A DNA stretch of 64,000 nt. It comes from Flectonema sp. DT1601 (lineage: Eukaryota). Under the pieces are notes generated by a model that worked only from the letters and a program-made list of their open reading frames with translations, searched no databases and was not told where the DNA came from. Positions 46,448-56,503 of this stretch are shown one piece after another. Position 1 is the stretch's first letter. Each line of letters starts with the position of its first letter. A program made the position numbers and the translations under genes. Location: positions 558,001 through 622,000 of the forward strand of contig OZ025800.1 of NCBI GenBank assembly GCA_964019425.1, written 5' to 3'.

Positions 46448-48415
46448 ATGGTCGATGACTTACTTTGCAAACCCCGAGTTCCCTTGTTGCGTTTGCTTGT
46501 TGTCTTTTCAGTAATGAAGCTGTGTTTGTCGGATTGTTATGAAGCTTTGCCTTCGAACTTTCCGACTTGTTTAGATTATACCATTTCTGGTTATACTTGT
46601 GTATCAAGTGGTTGGTGTGTAGTTGATAGATGTGTTGCGAACTGTCCTTTTTGTGCTGATTATTTTGTGAATAAGGTTCCAAATTATGCAACCGGGAGAT
46701 GTGTCATAGCTACAGCCATTCCAACAACCATTCCAACAGCCATTCCGACAGCCATTCCGACGGCCATTCCAACAGCCATTCCGACAGCCATTCCGACGGC
46801 CATTCCGACGGCCATTCCGACGGCCATTCCAACGGCCATTCCAACAGCCATTCCGACAGCCATTCCGACAGCCATTCCAACAGCCATTCCAACAGCCATT
46901 CCGACAGCCATTCCGACAGCCATTCCGACAGCCATTCCAACAGCCATTCCGACAGCCATTCCAACAGTTATTCCGACAGCCATTCCGACAGCCATTCCGA
47001 CAGCCATTCCAACAGTTATTCCGACAGCCATTCCAACAGCCATTCCGACAGCCATTCCAACAGCCATTCCAACGCCAGTTCCTACAAGTGTGCCGACTGC
47101 AGTCCCGACGCTTGTTCCCACGTCCGTGCCGACTGCAAATCCGACAGCGGTTCCAACACTTGTTCCCACAGCGATTCCGACAATCGTACCGACTGTTGTC
47201 CCGATAGTCATTCTAACTGTAGTTCCGTCGACGAAGTCACCAAGCTATGGGGCTTCCTCTGTGAAGAAGGAAACCCCTATCGCCGAGAGTAGAAGTGTCA
47301 CGGTTCCGTCGAACATCGCATTGGCCACTGGGGCGCTGACCACGTCGGGAGCTCAAGCAGTAGCTCTCGCTTACACGGTGAGAAGGATCACCTGCCTCGT
47401 CGAAGCTGAGAATGATGAATTAGACATATTTATGCACCCGCTTGGGTTTCCAGTTGCCGGTTCGTATTGGGCGGGAGCCGTAGTTGGCGGTTGTATTCTT
47501 TGTTTTGGTGTTGTGGTTTTTCATATGGGACTTCATTTTATAGTTAAGGCTTGCACGGGTGCGTCCAAGGGGAAGTCGGTAGCAAGGAGACTGAGATATC
47601 CGTCTGCTGTCATCCCTCCGTTGCTCATTTGTGCCGTGAACATTGCGACTTGCAGTGTGTTGTTGCTTAGGGAAAGCAAACTACCTGTGATCGCAGTTTC
47701 TGGAATCTGCATCTCGATTGGAATTCCCGGAGTTGTGATGTGGCTGTTCAAACTTGACTCATCGAAGTGTCAGTTTATCAAGGGAATAGTTCCGAAAAGC
47801 AAACTATTTGTATACTTCTTGGGGGATGCTGCGTGGGAATCCACAGACGTCAACGACATTTTGTACGTGGAATCAAACGGGTTGGTATTTGATGCTCACA
47901 CAGAGCAGAAGTGGATCAGAGGACACTATTTCCTTCTTGAGTTTTGGATGACTATTCCTGTTGTTTTGGTTTTATTGATTGAAAGTTGCAATGCGAGAGC
48001 ATGGATATTATTTATTGTGAACGTCTTGCAGCTTGTAATGATTTTAAAATGTTGCATCTACAGCTCAAACTTCCTGACTCACCTGTCAGTTGCCACGTGT
48101 TTGACAACATGCGTTCTGATCGTGTGCTCTCTCACTGGATTTGGAGGGGAGTTGGTGTTGACGCCTATGTTGTTGGCGCTCACCATTGTGAGGTCTATTT
48201 ACGACTTTGTTTGTAACATTTTAGATGTGTTTTATGCCGTCAGGGAATTGAAGTTCGAGAGGAATGCTGTCGATGACTCAAACGTCGAACTCGGGGAATC
48301 AATGCAGCAGTCGTTGATAAGTATCGATTCGTTGGATAAAAGTGTTCATCCTGTGCCTTCCGTTGGTACTGGGAAGACAGTCGCGAAGTCAGGTTTTAAT
48401 TATTTTGAAATTTAG
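46448..48415 (+). CDS. Surface/membrane protein copy 5 (about 30 12-bp stalk units, altered C-terminus)
   Basis: Intact 655-aa paralog; 12-bp minisatellite at ~46712-47071. Confidence 0.88.
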   Translation: MVDDLLCKPRVPLLRLLVVFSVMKLCLSDCYEALPSNFPTCLDYTISGYTCVSSGWCVVDRCVANCPFCADYFVNKVPNYATGRCVIATAIPTTIPTAIPTAIPTAIPTAIPTAIPTAIPTAIPTAIPTAIPTAIPTAIPTAIPTAIPTAIPTAIPTAIPTAIPTAIPTAIPTVIPTAIPTAIPTAIPTVIPTAIPTAIPTAIPTAIPTPVPTSVPTAVPTLVPTSVPTANPTAVPTLVPTAIPTIVPTVVPIVILTVVPSTKSPSYGASSVKKETPIAESRSVTVPSNIALATGALTTSGAQAVALAYTVRRITCLVEAENDELDIFMHPLGFPVAGSYWAGAVVGGCILCFGVVVFHMGLHFIVKACTGASKGKSVARRLRYPSAVIPPLLICAVNIATCSVLLLRESKLPVIAVSGICISIGIPGVVMWLFKLDSSKCQFIKGIVPKSKLFVYFLGDAAWESTDVNDILYVESNGLVFDAHTEQKWIRGHYFLLEFWMTIPVVLVLLIESCNARAWILFIVNVLQLVMILKCCIYSSNFLTHLSVATCLTTCVLIVCSLTGFGGELVLTPMLLALTIVRSIYDFVCNILDVFYAVRELKFERNAVDDSNVELGESMQQSLISIDSLDKSVHPVPSVGTGKTVAKSGFNYFEI

Positions 48416-49419
48416 ATAATTAAATTTCCTAACTTCAGCCGTGTCTGATTAAATACCCAGAAGTAATTGTAAATATCAAATAGCCTGTCGGGTTTGAAAG
48501 GACATCTGATTGTTGATATCAACGTCAACGGAGGCGAATAATAAAATACCACTCGCTAGTTTCAAGCAGCTTCTTTATTTTTGATAGTCGAAAACAAGTT
48601 TTGTCCGAAATCTGTTTCACTCTTTCCTCTCCATGTTGCTTTATGAGGGATTCTTATAAAATAACAAACTTTTGATTTGAAGTATTGTCTTTTTTCCTTT
48701 TAGAAATATGTTTGATTTGGTGAACTATTTTATAGGAAAACTCAAATTCAAACTTGTCATTTCAAAGATTCTGATGTTATCCAGAACATCAGAACAATTT
48801 ATTTATTGTTTTTATTATCTCATTTCCTAAAATACATTTTTTATTATTTTAATGCGCAAACTCATAAACTAAACTAAGACAGGCCTCATACCGAAGTAGC
48901 TGCCTTGCTTTTAATTTCAGTTTTATTTGTTTGATGTCCTTGCTTTTTTATTATTTATTTATTTATTTATTTATTTGTGATATCCTCGTTGGTTTTGCTG
49001 ACACTTAACTTTTAATTCGAAGGTATTGTGTGTATTCTTTTTGTATATTTGATTTAGTTAACTATTTTATAACTCAAATTCTTAATTTGTCATTTCAGAA
49101 CAATTTATTTAATGTTTTTATTATAAAATGCATTTTTTAGTATTTTAATGCGCAAACTCATAAACTAAACTAAGACAGGCCTCATACCGAAGTAGCTGCC
49201 TTGCTTTTAATTTCAGTTTTATTCGTTTGATGTCTTTACAATTTATTATTTATTTATGTACTATTTATGTATTTGTGATATCCTCGTTAGTTTTGCTGAC
49301 ACTTAACTTTTAATTCGAAGGTATTGTGTGTATTATTTTTATATATTTGATTAGTTAACTATTTTATAATAACTCAAATTCGTAATTTGTCATTTCAGAA
49401 CAATATATTTAATGTTTTT

Positions 49420-50133
49420 GTGACAACCTCTAATTACCGCACAAAGTTTTTAAAAAAAAAAAGAGTTTTTGAACACAATACCTTCAAAAACTGCCAGCCC
49501 TACACATTTTTTTTTATTATTTTTTTTTTCCCCCCCTGAGATGCTTTCCATTTAATATTAGTATCAAGTTACCCCCCTGAAATTTTTTTCTGGAAAAAAG
49601 AAGTGTCCAACATTATGATGCTTTTTTCTTCGCAAGTCAATTGTTATGCCGGTTCACTTCTGCCACTAACAGTGTGTTCAAAGAAGCTCAAAACCTCGAT
49701 TTTGGGGATTGTAATCCTCAAAACCTCAATTTTGGGATCGACACGAGTATGGATCGCTGATACATTCACAAAGCGACGGGGGATGTACCCTGGTGAAGAG
49801 GGAGTTGCACCGCTTCCAATAGTACCAGGCTGACTGTAACTTGCAGGTGTCTTGGCCTTGAATTCGGTTGGTACGACGTGTAAGAGGACAACAGTTCTCT
49901 CCAGCTCTGCACACATATCGTTCTTTGCATGCCCTCAGTAAAATTTCCGTAGGCTGAACACTATCAGGACCTGAAGCACAGCCTGTACGATAGTTTATGT
50001 GGAGCTGGCGATTTTTTCAAAACTTTAGAGGCTGGTTGAAAATATGATTTGTGTGTGGAGCTAGCGGTTTTTTGAAACTTTGTGTTGAAATCCATAATTT
50101 TGAAAAACTTTGTGCGGAATTGGGGGTTTTCCC
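49420..50133. mobile_element. Non-autonomous Mutator-like (MULE) element with 9-bp TSD
   Basis: AATGTTTTT at 49411-49419 and 50134-50142; degenerate long TIRs g.ga.aacc.c.aatt(a)ccgcacaaagttttt; the empty site is seen in neighbouring repeat units. Confidence 0.8.
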
Positions 50134-50471
50134 AATGTTTTTGTTATCTTATTTCCTAAAATGCATTTTTTTTTTTAATTCGCAAACTCATAAACTAAAC
50201 TAATGCAGGCCTCATACCGAAGTAGCTGCCTTACTTTAAATTTAGTTTTATTTGTTTGATGTCCTTACGATTTATTTATTTATTGATGATTCTCTTTTAG
50301 TTGTCATAACTCCCACTAGCTTGAATGAATTTGCTTATCTTTGTTGTTTGTAGAAGATAACATTAAAGTGTGAAACTACGTGTCCCGCAATATAGAATGG
50401 AACCTTAGAACAAATTGTCTTTTTATTTTTATTTTGAAATATTTTATTATTATTTAAGTTTCCCATTCCTC

Positions 50472-50868
50472 TGGTGATGTCAAAGAAGAACTTATTGATA
50501 ATTCATATAAAGCTACCAATTTAAATATTATTGACGAGCTTTCTATAGTAGATGCGCTGATCTCCTGACTGGTCAGAATCTAAGCTTTCTAAATTTCTTC
50601 CCGGTTAAGTCGCCTCCTGCGACGTAACCCCCTGGGTGAATAAAGTACATGTCTTTTCTTTGGTGCAGTTGTCTTATTTTATTTTACTAATAATCTAAGT
50701 ATCATTAATCCTTATTTTCTGAACTAAAGTGGCGTGTTCTCTCTCTCTGACGGAAATTAGTGTTATCATCCGTCTCTAACACTGTCTGCTCGCGTGGACG
50801 GTGGGTTTAGGTAGTCATTTTGTTCCAGGTTATTTTATGTCTACGGTTGCTGGTAGCGATATAACTGA
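50472..50868 (+). pseudogene. Diverged 3' fragment of the LINE (ORF2 end plus 3' UTR)
   Basis: Collinear similarity to 42115-42555, e.g. taagtcgcctcctgcga and cgtctctaacactgtctgctcgcgtggacggtgggtttaggtagtcattt. Confidence 0.85.
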
Positions 50869-51190
50869 TTACCCTGTGAATAACTGGTTACCCTCGACGG
50901 TCATCTCCAAAAGGATTACCAGATAATCTGCTTCCCTTTCAAGGTATTCTTGTTTCCTTTTTATAGTCATTCAACCATCTCTAACACAGACAGTGAGTCA
51001 TTCATTACAACAGTTTGTCTACGTCTCTATTGGACTCAAGGTTGTTTGGTATGGAATAACAGATCCTTGGCAGGCAGGCAAGTTTTTTATTTTTTATTTT
51101 TTTTTAATAATAATCATACTTGTACCCCTTTAAAGGGGAATTAAAAACTAAAGCAGAAATAAAGGGCCTTTAATTAATTCCCCTTTATTT

Positions 51191-51941
51191 CATAGATGGA
51201 AGTGCCCTACAATTTGGAGGGCGTGTAGGGCGCTTGTAGGGCGCTTTTAATATAAATATTATTTTGGAGGGCGCTTTTTTTACCTTTTTTATTACTATAA
51301 GACAGCTAAATTGACGGGGACTGACGCACAAGTATTTTGACGCAGAAGCCAAAAATTTTTTTTGACATGCTTGGCAGTCTTTCGAGAAAGAGAAAAAAGG
51401 GTGTCACGGGGTTCGAACCCGAGACCTCCAGGTCATGGTTCGGAGGTCAACAATGGCAAAAAACAATGGGCCACTCCTTGAGAGCTTCCGGAGCCTGCTG
51501 CAATCCCTGAAGCTGAAACTCATTTCAGTGGACGATGCATCCCAGAGCTGATAGCCCGCAGAATGCACCGAGTCGAATATAGAGGGATTCGAGGAGGGAG
51601 AGTGCGTTCTTGCTAACCTGTTAACAGGCCGGTCTTCAGGTACCTTGTGAGAAAAAAAAGAAGTTTACTGGTGGCAAGTAAACTGATATCCCAGAGACGC
51701 ATTTGATCAGGCGAACCGGAGAAAAGTCAAATAAGATGCGATTCGACCCTCGCTGAGGGCAGGGGTGTGTCAAAATGAGCTCGGCATTATATTAAACTTA
51801 ATTAAAAAAGCGCCCTACGCGCCCTCCAGCGCCCTATTTTGGCTCTATTTTGGCCCTACAATGGCCCTATTTTGGCCCTACAAATTTTTGTGGCTGATTT
51901 TCACCAGGCGCCCTCCAATTTGGAGGGCACTTCCATCTATG
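51191..51941. mobile_element. Inner MITE nested in the outer MITE; TIR CATAGATGGAAGTGCCCT, ttattt flanks, subterminal (A)GGGCG repeats
   Basis: catagatggaagtgccct..agggcacttccatctatg; repeated agggcg on the left and cgccct on the right. Confidence 0.85.
51399..51445 (-). pseudogene. tRNA-derived 3' half (T-arm/B-box) inside the inner MITE
   Basis: The minus strand reads accatgacctggaggtctcgggttcgaaccccg; no convincing D-arm or acceptor stem. Confidence 0.45.
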
Positions 51942-52434
51942 TTATTTTCCAATTTAATGAAATAAAGGGGATTTAATGAATTAAAGGGCATTAAAAGCCC
52001 TTTAATTTCCCCTTTATTTTGCCCCCTTTAAAGGGGTACAAGTATGAATAATAATTAAAACAACGTTAAGTTTAATAAATGTGTTCTCTCTCGTTGGGTC
52101 CGGATCGTTACTTACTTCTGGTTAACTTACGTCCGTGAGAATCTCAAGGTTCGTTGTTTCCAGAGGTTTTGACTTCCCTCGTTTCAAGAAGAAAAGAAAA
52201 CTTCCTCCCTCGCCAACCCCACATCCTGGGTTAGTTATTTATTTAATTATATTTTCATTGTTTCAATTTTCGATTTCTTTCTTGTTAGTGATCTGATTAT
52301 TCCGATCACTTATCTCATTTTCTCAAATGTATTTTCAGTAAAATCTTTCGATTGATTTTATTTTTTATGGAAAACTTGTTTCCAAAGATGTCGCTTCCAC
52401 AATCACGGTAAGCAAAGATGAAAGTCCACCGTTC

Positions 52435-52755
52435 CTTTTTTTTTTTTTTTTTTTTTTTACATTCATGGTCTGCATCAGCCCTGAAACTACCCGCCGTGCT
52501 CTTGCTGTTGCTTTCCAAGAGAGCCGTAGCAGGGATGTTGGTCTTCATGGACCACATCCAGGAGGGCGAGAACCGATAATAAGTTTGCGAAGTATTTGTC
52601 AGGTTTGGGTATTTCATCAGTTGATCTACTCACTGCTGTTAGTCTACGGTCATCAATGAAACAATCAATAAAATAATTAGGAAGTGGTAAATTTCGATTT
52701 ATGTCATCACAAACCGTGAACAGTGGAAGATACATCTACAGATCCCCAATTACAA
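52435..52755 (-). mobile_element. Minus-strand polyadenylated retro-insert of unknown origin
   Basis: About 24 T follow ccaccgttcc and precede GC-richer coding-like sequence; absent from homologous units at ~19085 and ~43765. Confidence 0.6.
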
Positions 52756-53313
52756 GTTCCCTCCTTTATTAATTTGTGGAAAGTGAAAAGTATTACTCCG
52801 TACTGGCATTCCGTACTAATATTCTCCCTCGTGTCTTGTTTGGAGTCTCTTGTCTTGTCTTTACTGATATTATCAATGGGTCGATTGTTGATATTAATCA
52901 CTCCCATTGTTCAGTAGAATGGATTTTGATTATCGAGTGTTGAGTGTTTTGTTCAACCAACTATCTGTTTCTTTATTTTATTTGTAGTGGTCTCGCTGAT
53001 ATAGCTGTTGACTGTTTCGTTTTCTGATATTGACGTGGGAAAATCATAAATAGATAAATCCTTTCTAACTCGCTTTCTGCTGCAGTATTTGGGTCTAGCA
53101 ACCCACCCAACTGATACTCGGTGATTCCTACTAACTAACTCTCTTGCAATTGTGCGTATGTTTCTTCATTGCGGAGGTAGTGCACTCGAGCAATTACTTA
53201 GTTGTGATCATGTTGTGATAGAATTTTATATTTATTTCCTTATCAGAAGCTGCAACCCTTGCCTAACAAATATGATACCACTTTGGTAAGTATTCAAGTG
53301 GAGAGCTCAGCAG

Positions 53314-55695
53314 ATGGATTTGAATCTTCGGAAAAGCTGTCCCGCAGTGAACTGGCAGCGAGGGTCAATTGGGTCGGTAGACGTGAGGAGAAGTGCAGCA
53401 GCTTCAAGTAGTGGAGCGAGTGTGCTACCAGATGTTGGAGGAAGGAGAGGAGCATCATGGATTGAAGAACCGATGCCGACCTGGTCCGTAAACTGGTCAG
53501 CTTTAGAGTACAAAGAAGAAAATGGAACTTCGAAATCAACTCTTGACATCCTTGAGAGAAGAATGGGTATCACTTCAACTGCCTTATCAAATCTGCACGA
53601 GCTTGTAGAACTACTACTCAGTAGGACTCTCAACGATACGTCGACTGAAATAGCGGATCCGATTAGACAACTGTCTCAAAAATTAATTAAGAATCACATG
53701 GAGGCATACACATCTATATCATCATTGAGATCTTTATTGAATGATTTATCTTTGAATCCAACTAAACTTCAAGACACCATAACTGCCATTCTTGGAGTCA
53801 CAATTCAACCAGAAGAAGCAAACAGAGACCATAACAGGGCAGAAGGATCTATCTCAACTGCTCAAGACAGAATGAATACTTGGCTTGAAAACTGTGAAGC
53901 TGCAACTGTTGTTCACAATGATAAAGAAGAAGTAGAAGTAATGCACAGCTCTGATGATGATGTTAATATATCTCACTCTCCAAGTGGATCTGATAGACAG
54001 AGGTATCATAGTAGTCCAAATCTAACGGCTCATCATTCTCTTAAAGCAATTAATGAAAACAACCACTGTGGACCTCATCGAATTATTAAAAAGAAACCTC
54101 ATCGAATGCATGACATTACTCTTCAGCATTGTAGTCAACAATTCGGAGACGTCAAAGAAAAACATCATTCTGGTTCTGACACATCAACAGAAGAGAATCA
54201 CAGTTCAGATGCGTTACAAAGACAACCAATTAGACATGTGCAAAATAGAAAGAAAGAACTAAGACAAAGAGTAAATAATTGTCATAAACAACAACTCTCT
54301 GATTCACAAAGTGAAAGCAACTCTGGTACCCATCAAGGAGCTACTGCGAAACGATCACCTGGTCTACGAGTAGTACAGACAGTTCACTCTAACAATCAAT
54401 CGCATAATATCTCATCAAACGAAAGTAATTCAACAGCTCATTATATTAAGAAATTACCAAAAACTTATTGTGAGTCTGACTCCTCTTCAAGTAGCAGTTC
54501 GAATGACGTGACGACACCAGGAGATGCATCACGAAGTGTTGACTCAGAGAATTCTAATAATTCACAGAAAGTTACTTCACACAAGTCAAGAGATGGAACT
54601 GGTGATGACAATACCCCAGCTCGGTATGGAAGGAGAGCAAATTCTGATCGTAAATATGAACCTCATCCACAGCAATCACAAAATACATCAAATCACAACA
54701 ACGGTAATGATGATTCACAAGGTGTTTGTATCAAACTAGAGAGGTGTGATTCAGACACTAAGAAACCAAACCGAAAAGGAAGCAGCAACAGCCCCGTTCA
54801 CGAGGTTCGACGTGCGCGACAGCTGAAGGAATTAGAAGAAGTTCCTGAAGTAGTTAACGACCTCCAGCTGATGGAAAGCTTAGTTAAAAAACTAAATGGA
54901 AAACAGGGTTCCAATGAGGCTGCTAATCTTCTTCGTATATTACAACAGTCAACAAAACCAACCTGCCTTGATGCAACACTACTGTGTGAAGATCAACAGA
55001 CACATGTCGTTGAAACTTGTAAGAGTGAAAGTAGTTCTATTCACACAGTTATAACAGCGAAAACACCAATAGAATCTCCGATAATAAACAGCGTATGTAA
55101 TCCTTGTGGTGTTGCTTATCAGCATGTGTGTGATGTTCTTCCTTTAGGGACATTGGCTGTATCGCCAAAGTTAACCTCTCACGACACGTTAAGTATTTCA
55201 AGTAGTTCTCACGGTCGGGGTGATGTAGATGACGATGGATATACTCCTCCTGTAACTCCCAGGTCGTCTCTTAGGCGTAAGCGGAGAAGTACGAAGACCA
55301 GTCCCGTTGGTAAGTCTCCGAAGTCGATAAGTGTTCGAAGTGATGAGCTGACTCCCAAATTACTCGCTGTGAAGCAAAGCTTTGGTAAAAAACAAAGTAC
55401 AAATATTGCCTTACTGGTGTCTTCAGCACTAAGTATTGTGGGATGTGTTTGGTCGGAACGAGCGTCTGGTCAAGCGACTGGTCCACACCGTCCCCGCCCG
55501 CCGTCCTCCCGACCTCTCGTGTCGCCACCTCAGTTAGTTCTCGTGACTGCTGCTGCTGTACTTTCGATTCTGGTGTTGGATAATTCAAATAACTCTTCTT
55601 CATATTGCTCTCTAAATAGAAGACACTCAAAGAGGAGGATCGTTGGCGCCAGGCCTACCTCTCCACTCAGTGATCTCCCATTACTAGTAGAGTAG
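53314..55695 (+). CDS. Hypothetical protein, largely low-complexity Ser/Asn/His-rich (793 aa); 3' end uncertain
   Basis: Long uninterrupted ORF after the acceptor ttccttatcag (53246); no recognised domain. Confidence 0.7.
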   Translation: MDLNLRKSCPAVNWQRGSIGSVDVRRSAAASSSGASVLPDVGGRRGASWIEEPMPTWSVNWSALEYKEENGTSKSTLDILERRMGITSTALSNLHELVELLLSRTLNDTSTEIADPIRQLSQKLIKNHMEAYTSISSLRSLLNDLSLNPTKLQDTITAILGVTIQPEEANRDHNRAEGSISTAQDRMNTWLENCEAATVVHNDKEEVEVMHSSDDDVNISHSPSGSDRQRYHSSPNLTAHHSLKAINENNHCGPHRIIKKKPHRMHDITLQHCSQQFGDVKEKHHSGSDTSTEENHSSDALQRQPIRHVQNRKKELRQRVNNCHKQQLSDSQSESNSGTHQGATAKRSPGLRVVQTVHSNNQSHNISSNESNSTAHYIKKLPKTYCESDSSSSSSSNDVTTPGDASRSVDSENSNNSQKVTSHKSRDGTGDDNTPARYGRRANSDRKYEPHPQQSQNTSNHNNGNDDSQGVCIKLERCDSDTKKPNRKGSSNSPVHEVRRARQLKELEEVPEVVNDLQLMESLVKKLNGKQGSNEAANLLRILQQSTKPTCLDATLLCEDQQTHVVETCKSESSSIHTVITAKTPIESPIINSVCNPCGVAYQHVCDVLPLGTLAVSPKLTSHDTLSISSSSHGRGDVDDDGYTPPVTPRSSLRRKRRSTKTSPVGKSPKSISVRSDELTPKLLAVKQSFGKKQSTNIALLVSSALSIVGCVWSERASGQATGPHRPRPPSSRPLVSPPQLVLVTAAAVLSILVLDNSNNSSSYCSLNRRHSKRRIVGARPTSPLSDLPLLVE

Positions 55696-56472
55696 ACTTA
55701 GCAGAGCAGCGATTGAGTTTTTAACCAATCCATTCTCAGATGGGGACTGACAAAACTTTTCCCTGAATCCGCGGCCGGTAGCTGGAACGGACCATCGAGG
55801 ACAAATCTCTTTACGGATTCGTTCCAGGCAGTAGTTATCAGACTCGTCTGAGCTACACACATGCCAATGTATTCTGGAAGGCACGATGGTGAAAACCATC
55901 AAGTTGTGTAGAGAAGCTGCTGCTGACCGAAAGGTTTGGTGGTGACTGCCTCTAAGAAGGTAATTGATCATCGCAGCTATTTATTAATGAGTTCTACATT
56001 GATATTTCCCCCCGTCCCTTTTATTTGGTTTTATTAGTTTCAATTAGTAGTATTTCTGATGTTGTTGTTGGAACCCCAACCCAGTTAAGGTAGAGGCTCG
56101 TTGTTGGCGTCCTACCTTTTTTTTTCTTCCTTCAGATTCTTAACAATTGTTGAGATCTGGTCCAGTTCACGAAAACCTTCCTTTGTTTATGTACAGCTGC
56201 TAGTCAACCTGACCCCTGAATTCATAAACAAAGAAAAAATAATTGTTGACGTTTTCATTCTTTTTTTTTCTTCTTTTTTTTTTCCAGAAAGTTACCTCGA
56301 ATGGGCCTGTCAGGTTCTGTTCTCGAACTTGAATGTAACTACTTTAGTTGAATTCATCTTTTGAAAAATTAACAAAGAAAAAGAAAAAAAAAGAACCTCT
56401 CTCAGCAATAATATACAGCGTTTCATATTGTGGTGTTTGCTTTGTTTTTACGCGGAAAAGTATTTTGAATTT

Positions 56473-56503
<31 letters not shown>

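Larger units (their letters stand above)
51115..52046. mobile_element. Outer MITE with perfect 24-bp TIR CATACTTGTACCCCTTTAAAGGGG and 3-bp AAT flanks
   Basis: TIRs at 51115-51138 and 52023-52046. Confidence 0.85.

Noticed and set aside
16150..47292. Overlapping ORFs such as MAVGMAVG.., SHSNSHSD.. and EWLSEWLL..
   Set aside because: They are alternative-frame and antisense read-outs of the 12-bp PT-repeat minisatellite.
51399..51470. Functional tRNA gene
   Set aside because: Only the T-arm region is recognisable; no cloverleaf can be completed.
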